A DNA stretch of 64,000 nt from assembly GCA_964276515.1 (NCBI GenBank), contig OZ193909.1, positions 11,904,001-11,968,000 on the forward strand. Direction: 5' to 3'. This stretch comes from Gordius albopunctatus. Taxonomy: Eukaryota. Both the position numbers and the translations under genes were made by a program. The notes under the pieces are model-generated. The model saw only the letters and a list, made by a program, of their open reading frames with translations, was not told where the DNA came from and made no database searches. Below, one piece after another: positions 40,101 through 55,100 of this stretch; position 1 is the stretch's first letter; each line of letters starts with the position of its first letter.

Positions 40101-43100
40101 GGCAAGGGAAAAATTATTTCGAGTTGGAAATTATTTGTAAGAATAATGCTTTGGCCCCCGGCGCGGATGAGCCCGATAGATATGTGGCCGGGTTGCAAGT
40201 TCAAGTGGGGGCTCATTCATTAGCTCGATCCCCGAGCTACCTCAAAGTTGGAGGCAATCGTATAGACGTAAGTATACTAAGGTAGACGGTTTTCTTGGCT
40301 TTATAAGTCAAAAATCACGTTTAGAAGCTTTAACCCTAGATATATTTATATATCTAATGTCTTAAATCTCCTTAAATATTAATTTTTCGAGATCTATACC
40401 TTTTGCTTAAATCCGAACTTTTCACAATTTGCGCATTCTCTAAGGGCATCGTCCATCTCAGCATCTTTTTTTTGAAATATAATCTGCTAAAGGTGGTTTT
40501 CATACGCTTTTTGAGTTGTAAATGTAGTAAAAAAATATCTTTGCATCATTTTAGATCAAAGGGCTCAAAAAATCGCGGTGGTATGATATTCATCTCACAC
40601 AAGAACAAGCTGCCAAATTTGGAGACAAGATTATCATGAAAAGTTTGTGATTGATGCAGAATTAATTTTTATATATTTGCATTAAAAAATGCAAAAATAT
40701 ATATAATTTTCAGCGGAGAAAGTATTTATGATATAAAGTTTAAATTTAATAAACTTTTAAATTTTAGTGGTGGTGCTTTCAGTCCACTACTCTTACGATT
40801 TTTTATATATAACATTTTTCAATTTTAACTAGTATACAAAGAGATTCAAGAATCAATTATTTTTATATTTAAAATTGGTCGCAAAAAAATTAAACTTGCC
40901 TCCTATCTGATTGGTCAGACCTTTTAACATTAATCTTGACTAGTATGTATGTTAACTAATTTCTTTCTCCTTATATTTAAGGCTTTCTTGTATTTATTAT
41001 GTGATTTAACGCAAGTTTAGTTTTTCTCACTTTCGTTTTCCACGCTCTTAAACTCTCAAGCTTTTTGCTATGTAACCATCATGACGTCCATCTACCTCAC
41101 CATGCTATCTAAATCTGTTCACTATAAGCCTTTTCCCATAAACCTCCTGCCTGGATTTAATTTCGTTGTATCTTTTTTTCATTTACCTTCACCGCTGTGT
41201 ATTGCTCTTCTTTTTCCGTTATAACCCATGGTTTTCAGCTATGCTATAGTGTTGGTTGAATAGTTCAACCATAGAATGAGTCCTTTACTTTTTTCAGACC
41301 ATTTCGTTACCCGAAACCCTTGCTAAATGTTTGCCTTTATTTCTTAACCTTCTCTTCCAGCGACTGGTTAAAAATTATAATCAAGATGTTTAAGGAGGAA
41401 CACTTTTAAATCTCTTATCCCCCCCCCCGTTGTTAGCGATGCTCTTTGCATATTTCCATCGGACACCTTGTTTTCAAATACCGTAATCCCCTGTTATTAC
41501 ACTTTGACTTTCCATTATTGCTCTTGCCTACTTAATTCCCATTTATGCTACTTATTTTTTATATATTATCCTTTTTAGGAACACTGAATTTTATAATAAA
41601 CGGTAAGGGAATGATGTCAGGTCCAGTTTTAATGGGTAAACACTTTGTTATCCCCAACATAGTTCTAACAAACGCTCTCTATTCCTTTTACATATCCTCC
41701 CTCGCCTATAAGTTTGGTAGCAATTATTTTGCTAGGCTTTTGATTTTATCACAATTTTTTCACAAAATATGCCTTGTTAGTATAAAAGACACAGTTTTGT
41801 TTGCGATTGTTTCTATTTTTTTGAGTTTTTTAATATAGGGTACTCGTGCTTGACTATGACGTGTATAATATAAGTTTATTAATAGGAGGTGGGCTTGTAT
41901 CTTTTTATAGTGTATTTGTTTGATTCAAAATATGGTTTAAATTATTCCATTACCCACTTGGTTATTTGAAGTTTTTTGGAATTTTGGTATATTGGCTAAT
42001 AAATATTAATATTTAAACACCATTTTTTGGCTGTATTGAAATATTTAGTTGGGTACAGCAACGAGGCTAGGAAGATAACGGTAATCGATAACGTTAAAGT
42101 TTATGTAAGGGCGAAACTACCTTCCGACAAGGTTGAAGTTAAAGAGAACGAAGCCTTTCACCGTTCAGAAGAAAATTTGGCATTCGACGATACGTGGCAA
42201 ACAACTTTGCGCGAACCCTTCGTAACTTCTTACCAGCGCGCCGTGCTAGTTGATAGGTTATTACATTTTTCTTGTTTTTATAATGTTTGCATGCCATATT
42301 GACCATATCCTGGTATTTACAAATTATTATGGATGTAATGACGTGTATAAATATTATTAACGCGAAATGTTTTTGGGAAAAACTCAATTTATCATATGTA
42401 ATTAATCTGTGTTAAAACTCAATTACATTCGTTCCCTAGCTCTTACACCTATTCCACAAGTATTTCCATTTTTTGCAGTGTGGGAATAAATATAAATTAA
42501 ATGTTTAATATCCACCTTAGAGACCTGCACGGCCTGGCCCCAAAATCCCGGCCCGCGGGCCGGGTATGGGCGGGCTTTGGACTTAAAAAAAACAACGGGC
42601 CAGGCTTGGGCGGGCCGATAAATCAAGCGGGCCGGGCCTAGATTTAGCTTGGACCGTTGAAAGCTCGTTGTAAAATAGTTAATTTTTTATTTGTGTAGTA
42701 ATAAATACTTAAAAATAAATTAGAACTTAAACAAAGACAAACGTCTTATATTTAAACTGTTTTTTTTATTAATTTAAATTAATTTTTTTTTGTGTCCTAA
42801 TACGCAACTCAAACACACTTGCTTTTCCTTTTTCATTCATACATTTACAAAAAGTTCTGCGAAATTTGAATTGATACTTTATAAGTAAGACTTGACGGCT
42901 GGTGGCTCATTAGAAGAGAGAAGAACCCGATTAAAACCGGAAATAATTAACGATTTGTTGTTTTTACATGATTATTATTGATGTTTGTAACATATATTAC
43001 TGAATATTGTATTAACTTTTTAATAAAAAAAATAACAATCGTTTAAAAATCCGGGCCGGACCTGGGTTTTGCAAAAAATGTTTAGGGCGGGCCCGGGCCA

Positions 43101-46100
43101 AATTTTTCTTTTTTTAGCGGGCCAAGGCCGGGCCCGGGCCTAGAAATTTTTGAAGCGGGCGGGCCGACCAAGCAACATAGGACCGTTGCAGGTCTCTAAT
43201 ACACCTTACTTTGATTTTTTAAAAGCACCTAAAAAAATTTATTAAACTTTTTTTTAATCTATGAGATGTTTGTTTTTAATTTAGGGTTTTATATATTGAT
43301 CAACTGATCCACGGTTTTTTTGTCGTCGCTCTATGGGATCATATGTTGAAATGTTATTAAATTTGACAACATCTTTGAAAGTTTGAACGATTTGTCATAA
43401 ATTAGTTGTGTACAAATAGCTGTGAACATTTCTTTTTTTGTTTCATACTACACTAATATTTATAAATGTTTAGTCTGCTGTACATGATCATACAATGCCT
43501 TGAAAAGGTTGTAATTATCAGCAAGGAAAAATCCTCTTTTTCCTTTGATAAGTTCGACATGGCTTCCGAATTATCTAGTTTGTTTACCCACTACCTACCC
43601 TGGCCCATATACACTACGATGAAATCCTTGATGTTACTTCTCAAATCGAAGGATGATTACTATTATGATAAAGTAAGACTTTTAATTCACATTATATCGA
43701 TTACAAAAAAATATCAAAACCTCAAATTTACAAATATTATTTCAGGATAAAAGTTTCTTGGCCACATCCTTGCCATACATAAATGTGAGGGAGACTTCGA
43801 GCATCGATCCAATCATATATTGCGATTACTTGGCACAAATTAGGCAAATCTTTTTCCGAAGACCTTCCGATTTGGTCTCTTACTTGTTTTTCAGCCGACA
43901 AGATCAAACTGAACTTGATAGTTCAAGTTTGATGGCAATAATGAGCGAAAGTATCCTAAATAAAAATGTAGTCAGTCGCGCCTTGAAAGCTTTACTCGCT
44001 CGTGGACATGATATGAATTACACACCTTGGGATTTAACCCCGAACTCTCGTATTAGTCCAAATCTTTTAAATCGCCTTCAAGCTTGTATTTTTGCCCTTT
44101 GTGAAATGGCTTTTGCGGGCGCAATTTTGGGACTTCCCGTCATTTCCTTGTCTGGACCCTTGAAAAACAAATCTTCAGATTCTGAAGGAAACGATAAAAT
44201 GCTTTATAACAATCAAGAGGACGCCTATACCCTAGCCAATGATTTGTTCGTTGCTTTGCTAACATCTAGCTGCTGGTCTACCGTGGGGGCTATGTGCCGA
44301 AAATGTTTGCTTTACATGTACAGTAACATCGATAATTATGGGAAGTATGGGGAAAGATATACACGGGGCAACTTGTCTTACGGCGATTTGAGGGTATGAA
44401 ATGTGTTTTTTTGTCATTGAACATTATTTACATTTTATGACTATGCTAATACCTACTTTGTTCTTCCTGCTCTTTAGGTCCCATCTTGTAAACTCGCTGA
44501 TTTTATAACTTGCAAAAGTACCGAAAATGAAGATGTCGCCTACTTGAACCTTTACAAAATCTTAGGTAAAATTTATGGCATTTTTATTGGGATTTAACTC
44601 TTTAAAGTTAATATATATTTCTTTAATATTGAACAAAACCAAACGTTTTTGGCATATGAAATTTATTACCGTCTACATCCAGTGATACAAAATCCTTTTT
44701 GTCACCCATTACCCGTGATATTTCATTACTACAATTGAAATCCTTTACAAAATTAACGGTTCCCTCACTCAAGGTTTTCCCGAGCTTTAGGTTAGGAGTG
44801 GACAAGATTCCCCTCTCCTTTCTTAGCTTTTTTGCTCTCCAACTATCTGGCAACAAGTTTGAAAGCTTACATTTATGAGGAAAGTTTTCCTTCGTACCCT
44901 CGAGAATCTCCAAGTCTTGATCAAGCATTTCACTGTCTAAATCGACATTTAATATGGATGCGATGACATTTTATATATTAGCTTAGGACCATAAACACAC
45001 GGACAACAACAAAAACTAATATTTGTTTTGATAATTATCAAAATATTATTGAATTCTTTAGTTATTTTATGAGGATTCTTTCTCGTCAAAATATAGCTGA
45101 CTGAGCAATTTTATAGAGCCTATTCGGGAAACAACTCAACTTACTATTCCGATTTATTTTGGATTATAAAAAGATGGGGTATCGGGCGAGCGGGGGGGGG
45201 GGGGATAGTGTTAATCTATATAATATTGCTATGAGGGGTATTTCTAATAGAAGATTTCAAACTTGCAATCATAGATTTCTATGTATTTATTTTTGCTCTA
45301 ATTGGAATGAAAGTTCTCATTTCAAGATACTTTAACTCTTTGCTGATGACCGGTCATATTTGTCATTTCAAAAAAACTATGGTTGGAGACGAGTAATTTT
45401 AAAAATTATTAAATTGAAATCCAAGAGTCGATGGCGTTAATAAGAGATTTTGACCTTAGATTGCCCCGAGCCCTAAGTCAAAAAGTATTGAATAAAATTA
45501 GCTTAGACTTTCAATTTAATATTTATTTATTGCATCCTGACCAAATTTCACAAAAATCCTAGGGAGCCCGCCGAATCTGTGATTATATGATACGGAATTG
45601 CCCCCCCCCACATCAATATTATATAGATAATAATTAACCAAATTACCCAAAACTTATTGAAATTTAAAATCATACGTTTATATACAACCTATATAATCTT
45701 CAGTTGACATCAACTCCCCATATTTACTTCGCTACGAATCAAAGCTGGCCAACGATGCCTCCTTAAGAAAGTTCCTAGCCAAACACCCCTTGGAACGGTA
45801 AGTTTCAATATAATTTTATGTGACTATTAAACTATTTCACACTTCCAATCCCTAGATTTATGTACGAACTGATGTCCCACCTTCCCAAAATTGAATCCTA
45901 CATTGGCCAACCCTCTGAAGCTTTGCAATACTATCAACTTATCCTTCACCTCGATAACATCATCACCCACAATAAGCTTAACTCCGAAAACGAGCCTGCT
46001 GCCCCCGATGCCATCATGACATTCTCCCTCCTCGTTACACTTATTCATCTAATCGACAAAAAAGTAGCTTTAAATCTAATGTTTTATCACAATTCTGGCA

Positions 46101-49100
46101 TTTTATCTGTTTTAGGTTTATAGAAATGAGGGAATACACCAGGCATCGATGTCGAATATTTTGACATACGTTGGATTAAAGTGCTTAGACGTCCTTTTGC
46201 GAAGAATACAATTGTACGAAGATATGGAAAAGGTTTTATTTACTTTTGTAATGCCGTTTTTATAGTACACATTAAATTGTCTAACCGTTAAAAATATTGA
46301 CAAGTTGCTGAAAATCTCTGGAGGGTTTCATACCATTTTAGAGTCTTTAAATTTAACAAATGCATACTAAGGGTCAGCTATATATTGACCCCGTCGAATA
46401 TTTAAATAATGTGACGATACTAAAAAGGACAAATATTTAATCATCCTAGCATATTCTAAATGATTATAATATAAAAGTAACGATTTTTACAAAAAAGATG
46501 GCGGGCAGTTGGGTGTTCGTTTATGTATTTTAATTTAGATATCCAATACTGAACCTCTCCTCGACGCATTGTACCATCTTAACGAATTGTGCTTGGGTTT
46601 GTGTCAAAATTTGTACACCAATAACTGGAAGACCATCATCGGGGTAATATGATTTGTTGCTTTTTATTTTGATGCTCAGTAGGAAAGGTTGTGTCAAATT
46701 TTTTACAAAAATGGCGTTAAATTTTTTTAATAAAACAGCACTTTTTTATATAAAAAATATGTTAAAATGTTCAAAAAAGTAATCAAATTGAGCTTTTATA
46801 ACATTTATGTTTATATTAAATTAATTTAAGGGTGAGAACACGCACGCCAAATACGAGAGAGGTTTTGATCCATTTACTCCCTACCCAAAGATAAATTTGT
46901 TGCCGTTCGTTCCCTTTAGCTACTCTACCATGCCAAACATATACCTTACCACTATGTACGCCGAATTACTCACCAAAATTTCAATCAAATTAATTTATCA
47001 GGTATTAACAAAATTATAATGAAAGGAAGAATGCTTAAATTTTTCCGCCTTAACTTTCGAGAAAAATTTTACACTGAATGTTTAGGCATTATTGGTAATA
47101 ATAATTCGAACCGCCTGTGAGATGGCTAAACTTATGTAGGTTATATGCATTCGACTATATCCTTTTTAAATCGTATTATTAAGGTGATGCGTTCTTAATT
47201 TATTTTGTCAATTTATGCGTTATAATTTTGGCTTGAACATAATTAGAGAATTATATCAAATTTAAATATTACGGTCAAAAAGCTTAGCTGGGTTCGATTT
47301 GAAGATTGGGGATCTAAAGTCAATTTTATTTTTCGATTTTAACGTTAAGATCGTCATCTCTAATAGGTTCTTTTTAACGAAATAAATCACAAACCTTACC
47401 TTTCTTTGCATATGCATTTTATATATTTTAAGTTTATAACCTTCCTTTTGTTTTTTATCATATACGCTTCGTACATTCTCTTGCTTTACACTGTGACTTT
47501 TACTAAAACTGTTTTCACGCAAACATATTTAGCTGAACATTGTTTTGGCTCACTTTGATCCTCAGTACGCGCACTTTAGTACGGCAAACGTGAAAGTTTT
47601 AGAAAAACTTTGCCTAATGTTCCTCAACTGTGGAGACGCTCGGGCTGCCCTTCCCTCTGTCGGCTCCAAGAGATTGTTCGCCGCCAAAACATCAACCGAT
47701 GTATTTTTTATAATAAATAAGAGAACGCCTAACTCTTTTTATTTTTTAATTTAATAAATATGGCTAAGAATAAAAAACTTTCTTATATTTTAATGGAAAA
47801 CTAACGTTATACGTTTACATCAAACGCGTTATCACCATAAACTTTCTATTTAATGACATAACCACTTTGTTAAAAGCAATATTAATTCTATGTTATATAT
47901 ATATATAACAATAACTTTATTTGCCAATTGATATTACAACTTTGTAATATTTTACTTAAAAACACTATGCGAAGTCTGTGGGGTCAACCTTATTTGCTCG
48001 TTTGTCCAAGTGTTTGAACGACGAACGCAAGTACACTCAAAGACTTTTCAAGAAAGTGTTGATAAGCGTTTGTTGTGACGGGCATAAAAGCCTAGCGAAG
48101 CAACGCATGGACCTGTTTGCTTTGCAGGCTTGCACCGTTAGAATACAACATTTTTTGGACGTTATTCAAGTGTGCGATCCCAAAATCGACTCCGGTTCCG
48201 CCTTAACTAACGTTCTCTTCGTTAGTTCCACCTTTGGTAATTTTATACACATGTCTTTTAAATATTCTGCCATGTCAAATCCCAAAGGTTCTTAATGTTT
48301 TGTTTCATTATTGGCCCTACTAATATGAGTGTTGGCCAGTGAGTGCAAAGTCGTGCTGCTTATCTTGCTCGGATTTTATAAAACTTACTATTGTTTGTTT
48401 GTATTGTGTATTATTAAATAATACTGAAAAATGATAAAGATTTTTTATTGTTGTAAAAAACGGATTGACAATTCTAGATCATATAAAGATAAATTATATA
48501 GAAAATAAAGTTATTGGTTGGAATTTGAACGAAAAATTACATTAATAAAATCTCTGTCGTTCGAAATGATTTTCGCGCCCTACAAAATGAATTTTCTTTG
48601 GCCCAAGCCTGTCCTAATATATACGCTGTTCGAAGTTACTAATCGAATTGAGTTTATTGCTGGTGAAGGCTGGTGACATTTTAAATCTTTACCTAAACGT
48701 AATTCTCATATAATTTAAAAATTAATTTATATGCCATTTTTGGTGCACTTAATTCCTTATAGAGAGATACGATATGATAGAGGATTTGGTAGCCGATCTT
48801 AAACATTGCCTCGAAATCGCTATAATCAGAAGGGGCAACTGGCAGCTTTTTTGCCTCGACAATCCATCCACTCTCTTCCCTCTCCTACTAAAATGTTGTA
48901 GCCTTTTTAACCAGAGCGAAATTGGTGTGACCGTTTTAAAACTTCTCCTTTCCTCCATACAATTCGACGATTTTACTTCATGTGAAGCTGAGCACGGAGG
49001 TATATTTTATCTTGTTTTTATAAATTTTAAATTTCCATTACTGACTCTTGTCTTGATATTAGACATTAATTTGTGTCGAGTAAATAGTAGGACGTGCTAT

Positions 49101-52100
49101 TTTTGACGGGAGAAGCATACTTTTTCTAGCGATCTTCTGGTATTTTAACCATTTTTAAAAATTCCAGTAATTGGATCTCAACAGTTTTTGAGGCTATAGA
49201 ATTCGATTAAACTGTATTAAACAATCTTCGTTACTTTTACTTTTATGAGTGTATTTCAATAAATGCATTTACTTTATTATTTTTAGTCGATCATACGAAA
49301 CACCGTTATATTGAACCACACTTAAGAAGCGAAATTCAGCCACTTTTAACGGAATTTGTGTGCCATAACTTGATACACAATACGAACCCTGATACAATGA
49401 ATTTGACCAAGAATTTTGTTCTTTTATATTACAGGTATTTATAAAATATGAATATGCAAATATATAATTCCTAACATTAGTCCTAAAGTATAATTAATGT
49501 TCTTTATACATTTTTTCCCTTTGATTAAGGCAAAGTCGTAAAAATGATAAGTTAACAATCCTACATACTCTCGTGAAATCTTGCATGCCCATGACACTCA
49601 ACATGGGGGAACGTGCGTCAGGATTCATTGATATCGTGGCTGAGTTAACATATCTGTTGACCAAAAATCAATCCATCAGCCCCGCTAATTTAACGAGCAA
49701 AACCGATACCTTTCTAATGTACTTAGCTATGTACCTGTTGAAAGAACTCCAGGCTAAAAATTACCGTTTTTACCATCATCCCAACCTCACTCTGTACACG
49801 GAGCTATCGAGGCTTATTAAATTGTCAAACAAATTTTATTTTACTGCCCGACCTTGCAAGAATTGCATAGCTCCCGAACCCAACGCGGTTAGTATATTTA
49901 TATTATTTTTATGTTAATTCAGAGATAAGATAGCGGTATCCATAATTTGCAAAGTTATTTATCAATTAGTGAATCATTTATATTTGGAAAAATCTTTTTC
50001 ATATAATCTTTACATTATTGAATTTTCAAATTATCAACTGAAATGAACAATTTATCTATCTTGCTTGAATGCTTTCTCTAATTTCACCCTAAAAACTTAG
50101 ACCTTAAAGCTTTCGGGGATCAAAAAGGAAGCGAAATACACTTCGTTTGCCATCATCATCAAATTTATCGATACCTATTCTATTTCGAGTATCACGATTA
50201 AGTTGAGCGACATCAAGAAAACAAAAATGGTAAATATAACATTGCTGACATACGTGTTGTAAATTGTCGATTTTCATATAAAGAATAGTTTATTACGTGA
50301 TGGCTACCTATCACATCAATTTATGTATAAATTGTTTCAAAATCATTTATCACCCTACTTGTATAATAGTTTAAAGAAATCTTTTATTGTGTACACGATC
50401 GTTCTCGTGAATTTTTGTGCAAATTCCAATTTTAAATGCAAAAATACGATTTTTTTCATTTTTGTAATTGCGATAGGTTAAATCTTTTTCGCTGTACGTC
50501 AACAATTCGCCCAACGCATCGATAATAGACCTGAAAAACCCCGTGGCAACCAATATCAATTGGTTTCAGGCGACGGATCGTGCCTACCTCAACCCTTCTC
50601 AAACATTTTACAAAGTAGAATTTGCCCTCCCCATCCTGGCCACCAATATGAAAATAGTGTACGATTCCTTCCACCACTCCACCCCCACCACCCCTTCTTC
50701 CCCCAGCGCTACCACGAGCGCTGTAAACTGTCCCAGGTGCAATACCGTCGTCGTTTCACAAACGGGCATATGTGGCAACTGTGGCGAGAACGTGTTTCAA
50801 TGCACAAAATGCAGGTTTGTTAGTCGATTTGAGGGAATGCCAATCTTTTTAGGATTCATCATTGTTTATACCCTTTTCAATTTCGATTTATGCTTTTTAC
50901 GCCTCATTTATTTTGCACCATTTTCTTATTCCATGAGTGTTAAATATCATGGGCGTTTGTTTTGGTAATGTTTAATTTGATCAAGATTGTGGTTTTTAAT
51001 ATAAGATAGCAGCTATATTCTATCCAATAATTTACTAAATTAGGACAATCACGAGTGTATCCAGGGGGGACGCTGCCCACCTCTAAATCCAAAATTTGTT
51101 AAAATTATGGCTAAAATTTCAAAAAAAGATCATTTCGCTTTTCCCTAAATCATTATTGCCGCCCTCTAATTACAATGCCGGCTAAGCCCACGATGGCAAT
51201 AACTTTGAGCATTATCGCTTCATTTGAAGTTAAGCTTTAGCTAAACCCGTTTTGGCTATGATCAAGGAAATCATCGTGTAAATTAGATTACAACATTGAA
51301 TAGCATATATTTAGTATAAGTGAAGCATATAAGATCCTATGAGCTTATTTATCCATAAAATCTAGATTGAATGTGTTTCTATAACGTTTAATTGTTTCCA
51401 CCTGCCTAGGTCGATAAATTACGATGAAAAAGATCCTTTTCTCTGCATCAACTGTGGCTATTGCAAATACGCCAAGTTTGAGTTCTCCCTTAGCGCTCAC
51501 CAAGTATCTACCGTTGAGCCCATCAACAACGAAGACGACTATAAAACGGTGAGCTTTATTAAACATTTATTTATCTTTGACCGTTTTAGTTTTCTTTGCT
51601 ATTTTTTCAAATACTTTTTTATTTAATTGATAAATTTGTAGTCAGGATAAAAGGTAATAGTTGATTATTGAAATTTTTGCTTACACATTTTTTGTGATAG
51701 GCTTTAGCGGATATGAATGCTTTGGTAGAAAAGGGCGACAAAATTAAAAACAAATTGAACGCCTGTAAAGATGTCATATGTAATCTGATGTCTCACCTAC
51801 GATCAACCGAAGGCACGAGGATTAAAGATAATCAAGTATTTGATGAATTGTGTCAATTTTAGCTAATTTCTAGCTTAAGGCATCGCACACGACGGACCAA
51901 AAAGATCCTGCCAAACTTATCCAGCTAATAAATCACAAATATGGTACCGAGTGTAAGACAGCCTTTGAGGATTTGTACAAGGTAAACGGGCAAATAGAAG
52001 CGCTGGAAAAAGAAGTTAAGAGGAGTAGTATCAAGCTTAATCAACATTTTGGATCTTCACCAACAAGCGCAAGGTATAAATTACGCTTTGAATTACATGC

Positions 52101-55100
52101 TCTATTAATCCTACACTGAGCCCCTACAATAATTGGGTGACGTTTTTTATAAGCCTTTTTTGTTAATTGCATTAATATCAAACTATATAAATTGAAAAAC
52201 CTAATGGACAATTTAATATAAAGTACAATGGATTTTAATTGTCTCCTTTTTGACAAGCAATTCTGAGCAAGCGATTAATAAGGAAGTTTACAATTGTCAT
52301 TTCATTTAGCGTGGAAATCTATAAACGGGCTCAAAAGCCGGCTTCTTGTTTGCACTGTTTGATGATGGATATGCACCACGTTTTACAAATTATCGCGACC
52401 CTGATTAAACGCCAAGACATTCGTAAAGAACTGCTGCTAAACGTAAATCTCTTTAGAGTTATATCCCTTGAATTTAAGCTGTATTTTAGGGTCTCTTGGA
52501 CGAATTGATTTTGGCTAATTTGCGGATTAAATCTGAATACGTGCCAGATATCATTGCTTACGCTACCTTGGATGAACCTAAGGAATTGAATCGCGTTTAC
52601 GAGAAAATATTTGAAAGGCTGGAAACTGCTATAACTCCCTGCCTTTTACCCGAAGGCAAATATGCTGTGACCCTTAAGAATGGTGTGGTAAAGGATACCC
52701 TAGAACACTTGAAGTATGACATAGCTTTCGTTGTGAAGAACGCATCGTTGATAGACTCTTGTTGGGAAATTCGGATCAAAAATGGTTAGAAAAAAATATA
52801 TATATAGACGCTTTTACGGAATATAGTGAGGTAAAATTATGGCTAAATATTAATGAAATGATGAAAGCAGTTTTTTTGGGTTATCTTATTTACATTTACT
52901 AGCTTACGGTTCTTGGTAAATCAGGATATATATGCATTATATAAAGTGATGATTTTGTATGAGTAAGCAGCCCCAACGATAGTCATTACTCGAACCATGC
53001 AACCTTTTAGGATGTTATGTCAACTATGATAAGACCAAGAAGTTGTTTATTGATAGCCACATTAAGTTTTAAATAATCCACAAAATTGATATAATTATGT
53101 AATACCGATCCTTTGAACAATATCGAATTTGTTTTAAACAATGGTAATTATTGACAATGGTTGCTGCACGACCGAAATATGTAAACCCATTTCCACCCTC
53201 TCTTTTTATCAATCCCACACTACCATTGTTTAAAACGAATTCCATATTAATCCACAAAATTGTTTTTCCATTATTTGTAGTAATTTAAGCGGGCTAGGCC
53301 GAACATGATAGGGAAAAAAGTTTACTGGTTTCGGTAACCGTCTCTCATTTGGTTTAGAGTTTCTGCTTTTACAGGTCTATAAAATTCACCGATGCGTCTA
53401 TGCCTGTAAAAAATTATTAAAGGTCCTTTATATATTTTAGTATGGAGACTTTTGTCTTTCGCATTGATTTATCAACCCCACGCTCCACCGCTCACCGATT
53501 ACCTTATTTTACCCCTTATACGTTCTCTGCTTAACAACATGCATATCTCTGCATCAAAATCTGTGGATATGATTCCAAAGGGGGAAAAGACTAAGCCTAA
53601 TGCCAAGGTTGATAATGCTCGACCCAATGAGAAAGAAGTTGAACACGTCGACAAAGATTCTACGAAATATTTGAGCGAAAAGGATATAACTGAATGGCTG
53701 TGCAACAACGATACCTTCGAAACTCTTTTTAACACCAAACTTACCTATGACCATCAAAGTATTAAGACGACACTTTATAAATAAATCATTAAACATTTTA
53801 AAATAATTTTTATGTAAACCATAAAACGATACTTTAATATTTAGTAATCTTTTGAGGATATAATATAGTTATTTGATAGCAGCGAATTCAGCCCTGCACG
53901 GGGGGGGGTCTGACTTGACTGAGCTCAGCCCGTCGGCAACAATTAATATAATTTTTGAATATACATAAAATAGCTATTGCAACTTTATTAGAATATAGTC
54001 ATTCTAAAAAATTCTTTTTGATCGTTAAATAAAAATTTATTAATTTTAGAGCAAAATAAATTGGATTCCGAATTACATTATAACTTTCAATAACAAATTT
54101 CATCTCTAAAATTTGCCTGGTAGTTTCGGTTTGGATTTCGGGTTCGCTCAGGCACATGAGGCCCGAATAATTAATAAAATAGTTCGTATGAAACGTGTTA
54201 TTATGATATAACCATGACATGCTCAAAATTCATTTTGCTTCATTATTTTACAATCCGAAAAAACATTTATCATTTAAGATGGCGTTACAGAAAACTAGAC
54301 TTTCGTTAGAAATATGGTATCGTTGACACCCTAATTATTTCATTAATCTCTTTTTATATTTTAAACAGATGTTTTTCATTTTATTTAAATTTATAAGACA
54401 CAACTTTATTCGTATGATTTTACACAGGGAAAAATTTTGTATATCCCAACACCTGGATGACACATTTGCTCTTTTGCGGCAACAAAAAAGTTAGACAACT
54501 CACATTCAACGTTATAAAAGCCCTTAATCAAAACAAGCATAGTCGCAAAATATGCGATTATCTCATGAGGTAACGCTATTTCCTTTTAATATAAATGTTA
54601 GTGGTCAAGATGAAAAATATTTTTTAAATTAGTTAAATCAAGCGCTTTATATGTCTACCTATAATATATCTTTGTGTTATTTGATTCACAATCAGACCAT
54701 AACACAATTACTAAATCTAAATAAATTGGTATAAATATTTTTTGAATTTTTATTAATTTTGAGCCTTGTTCACTATATTTATATGTTTTCTCTCTTTTTT
54801 GCGTAGTGAACTGGAAAGTAATCGTATAGCAAATCTGACCAATACAGAAGAGTATTTTGAACTTCTGGCTAAGCTTATCAAGACCTCCAATTCTACCAAA
54901 AATTATATTAAGTCTCGCTGCAGATTTTCCAAACTAAAAGCAATAATATCAGATGTAAGTTTAAACCATTAATAAGGAAAATATTCCATTATTTTTAGCT
55001 CGTAGGTTCTCCGTTTAACACCACCTGGCAAACGAATAACGCTAATGAAAATGCCATATTTTCACTCCTCGGTAATTTACATTTATAAGAAATATTTAAA

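Noticed and set aside
54279..54316. Possible extra UBR4 micro-exon (ag|ATGGCG...ATATG|gt)
   Set aside because: No phase fits without a stop; the direct splice 53758->54428 keeps the frame.
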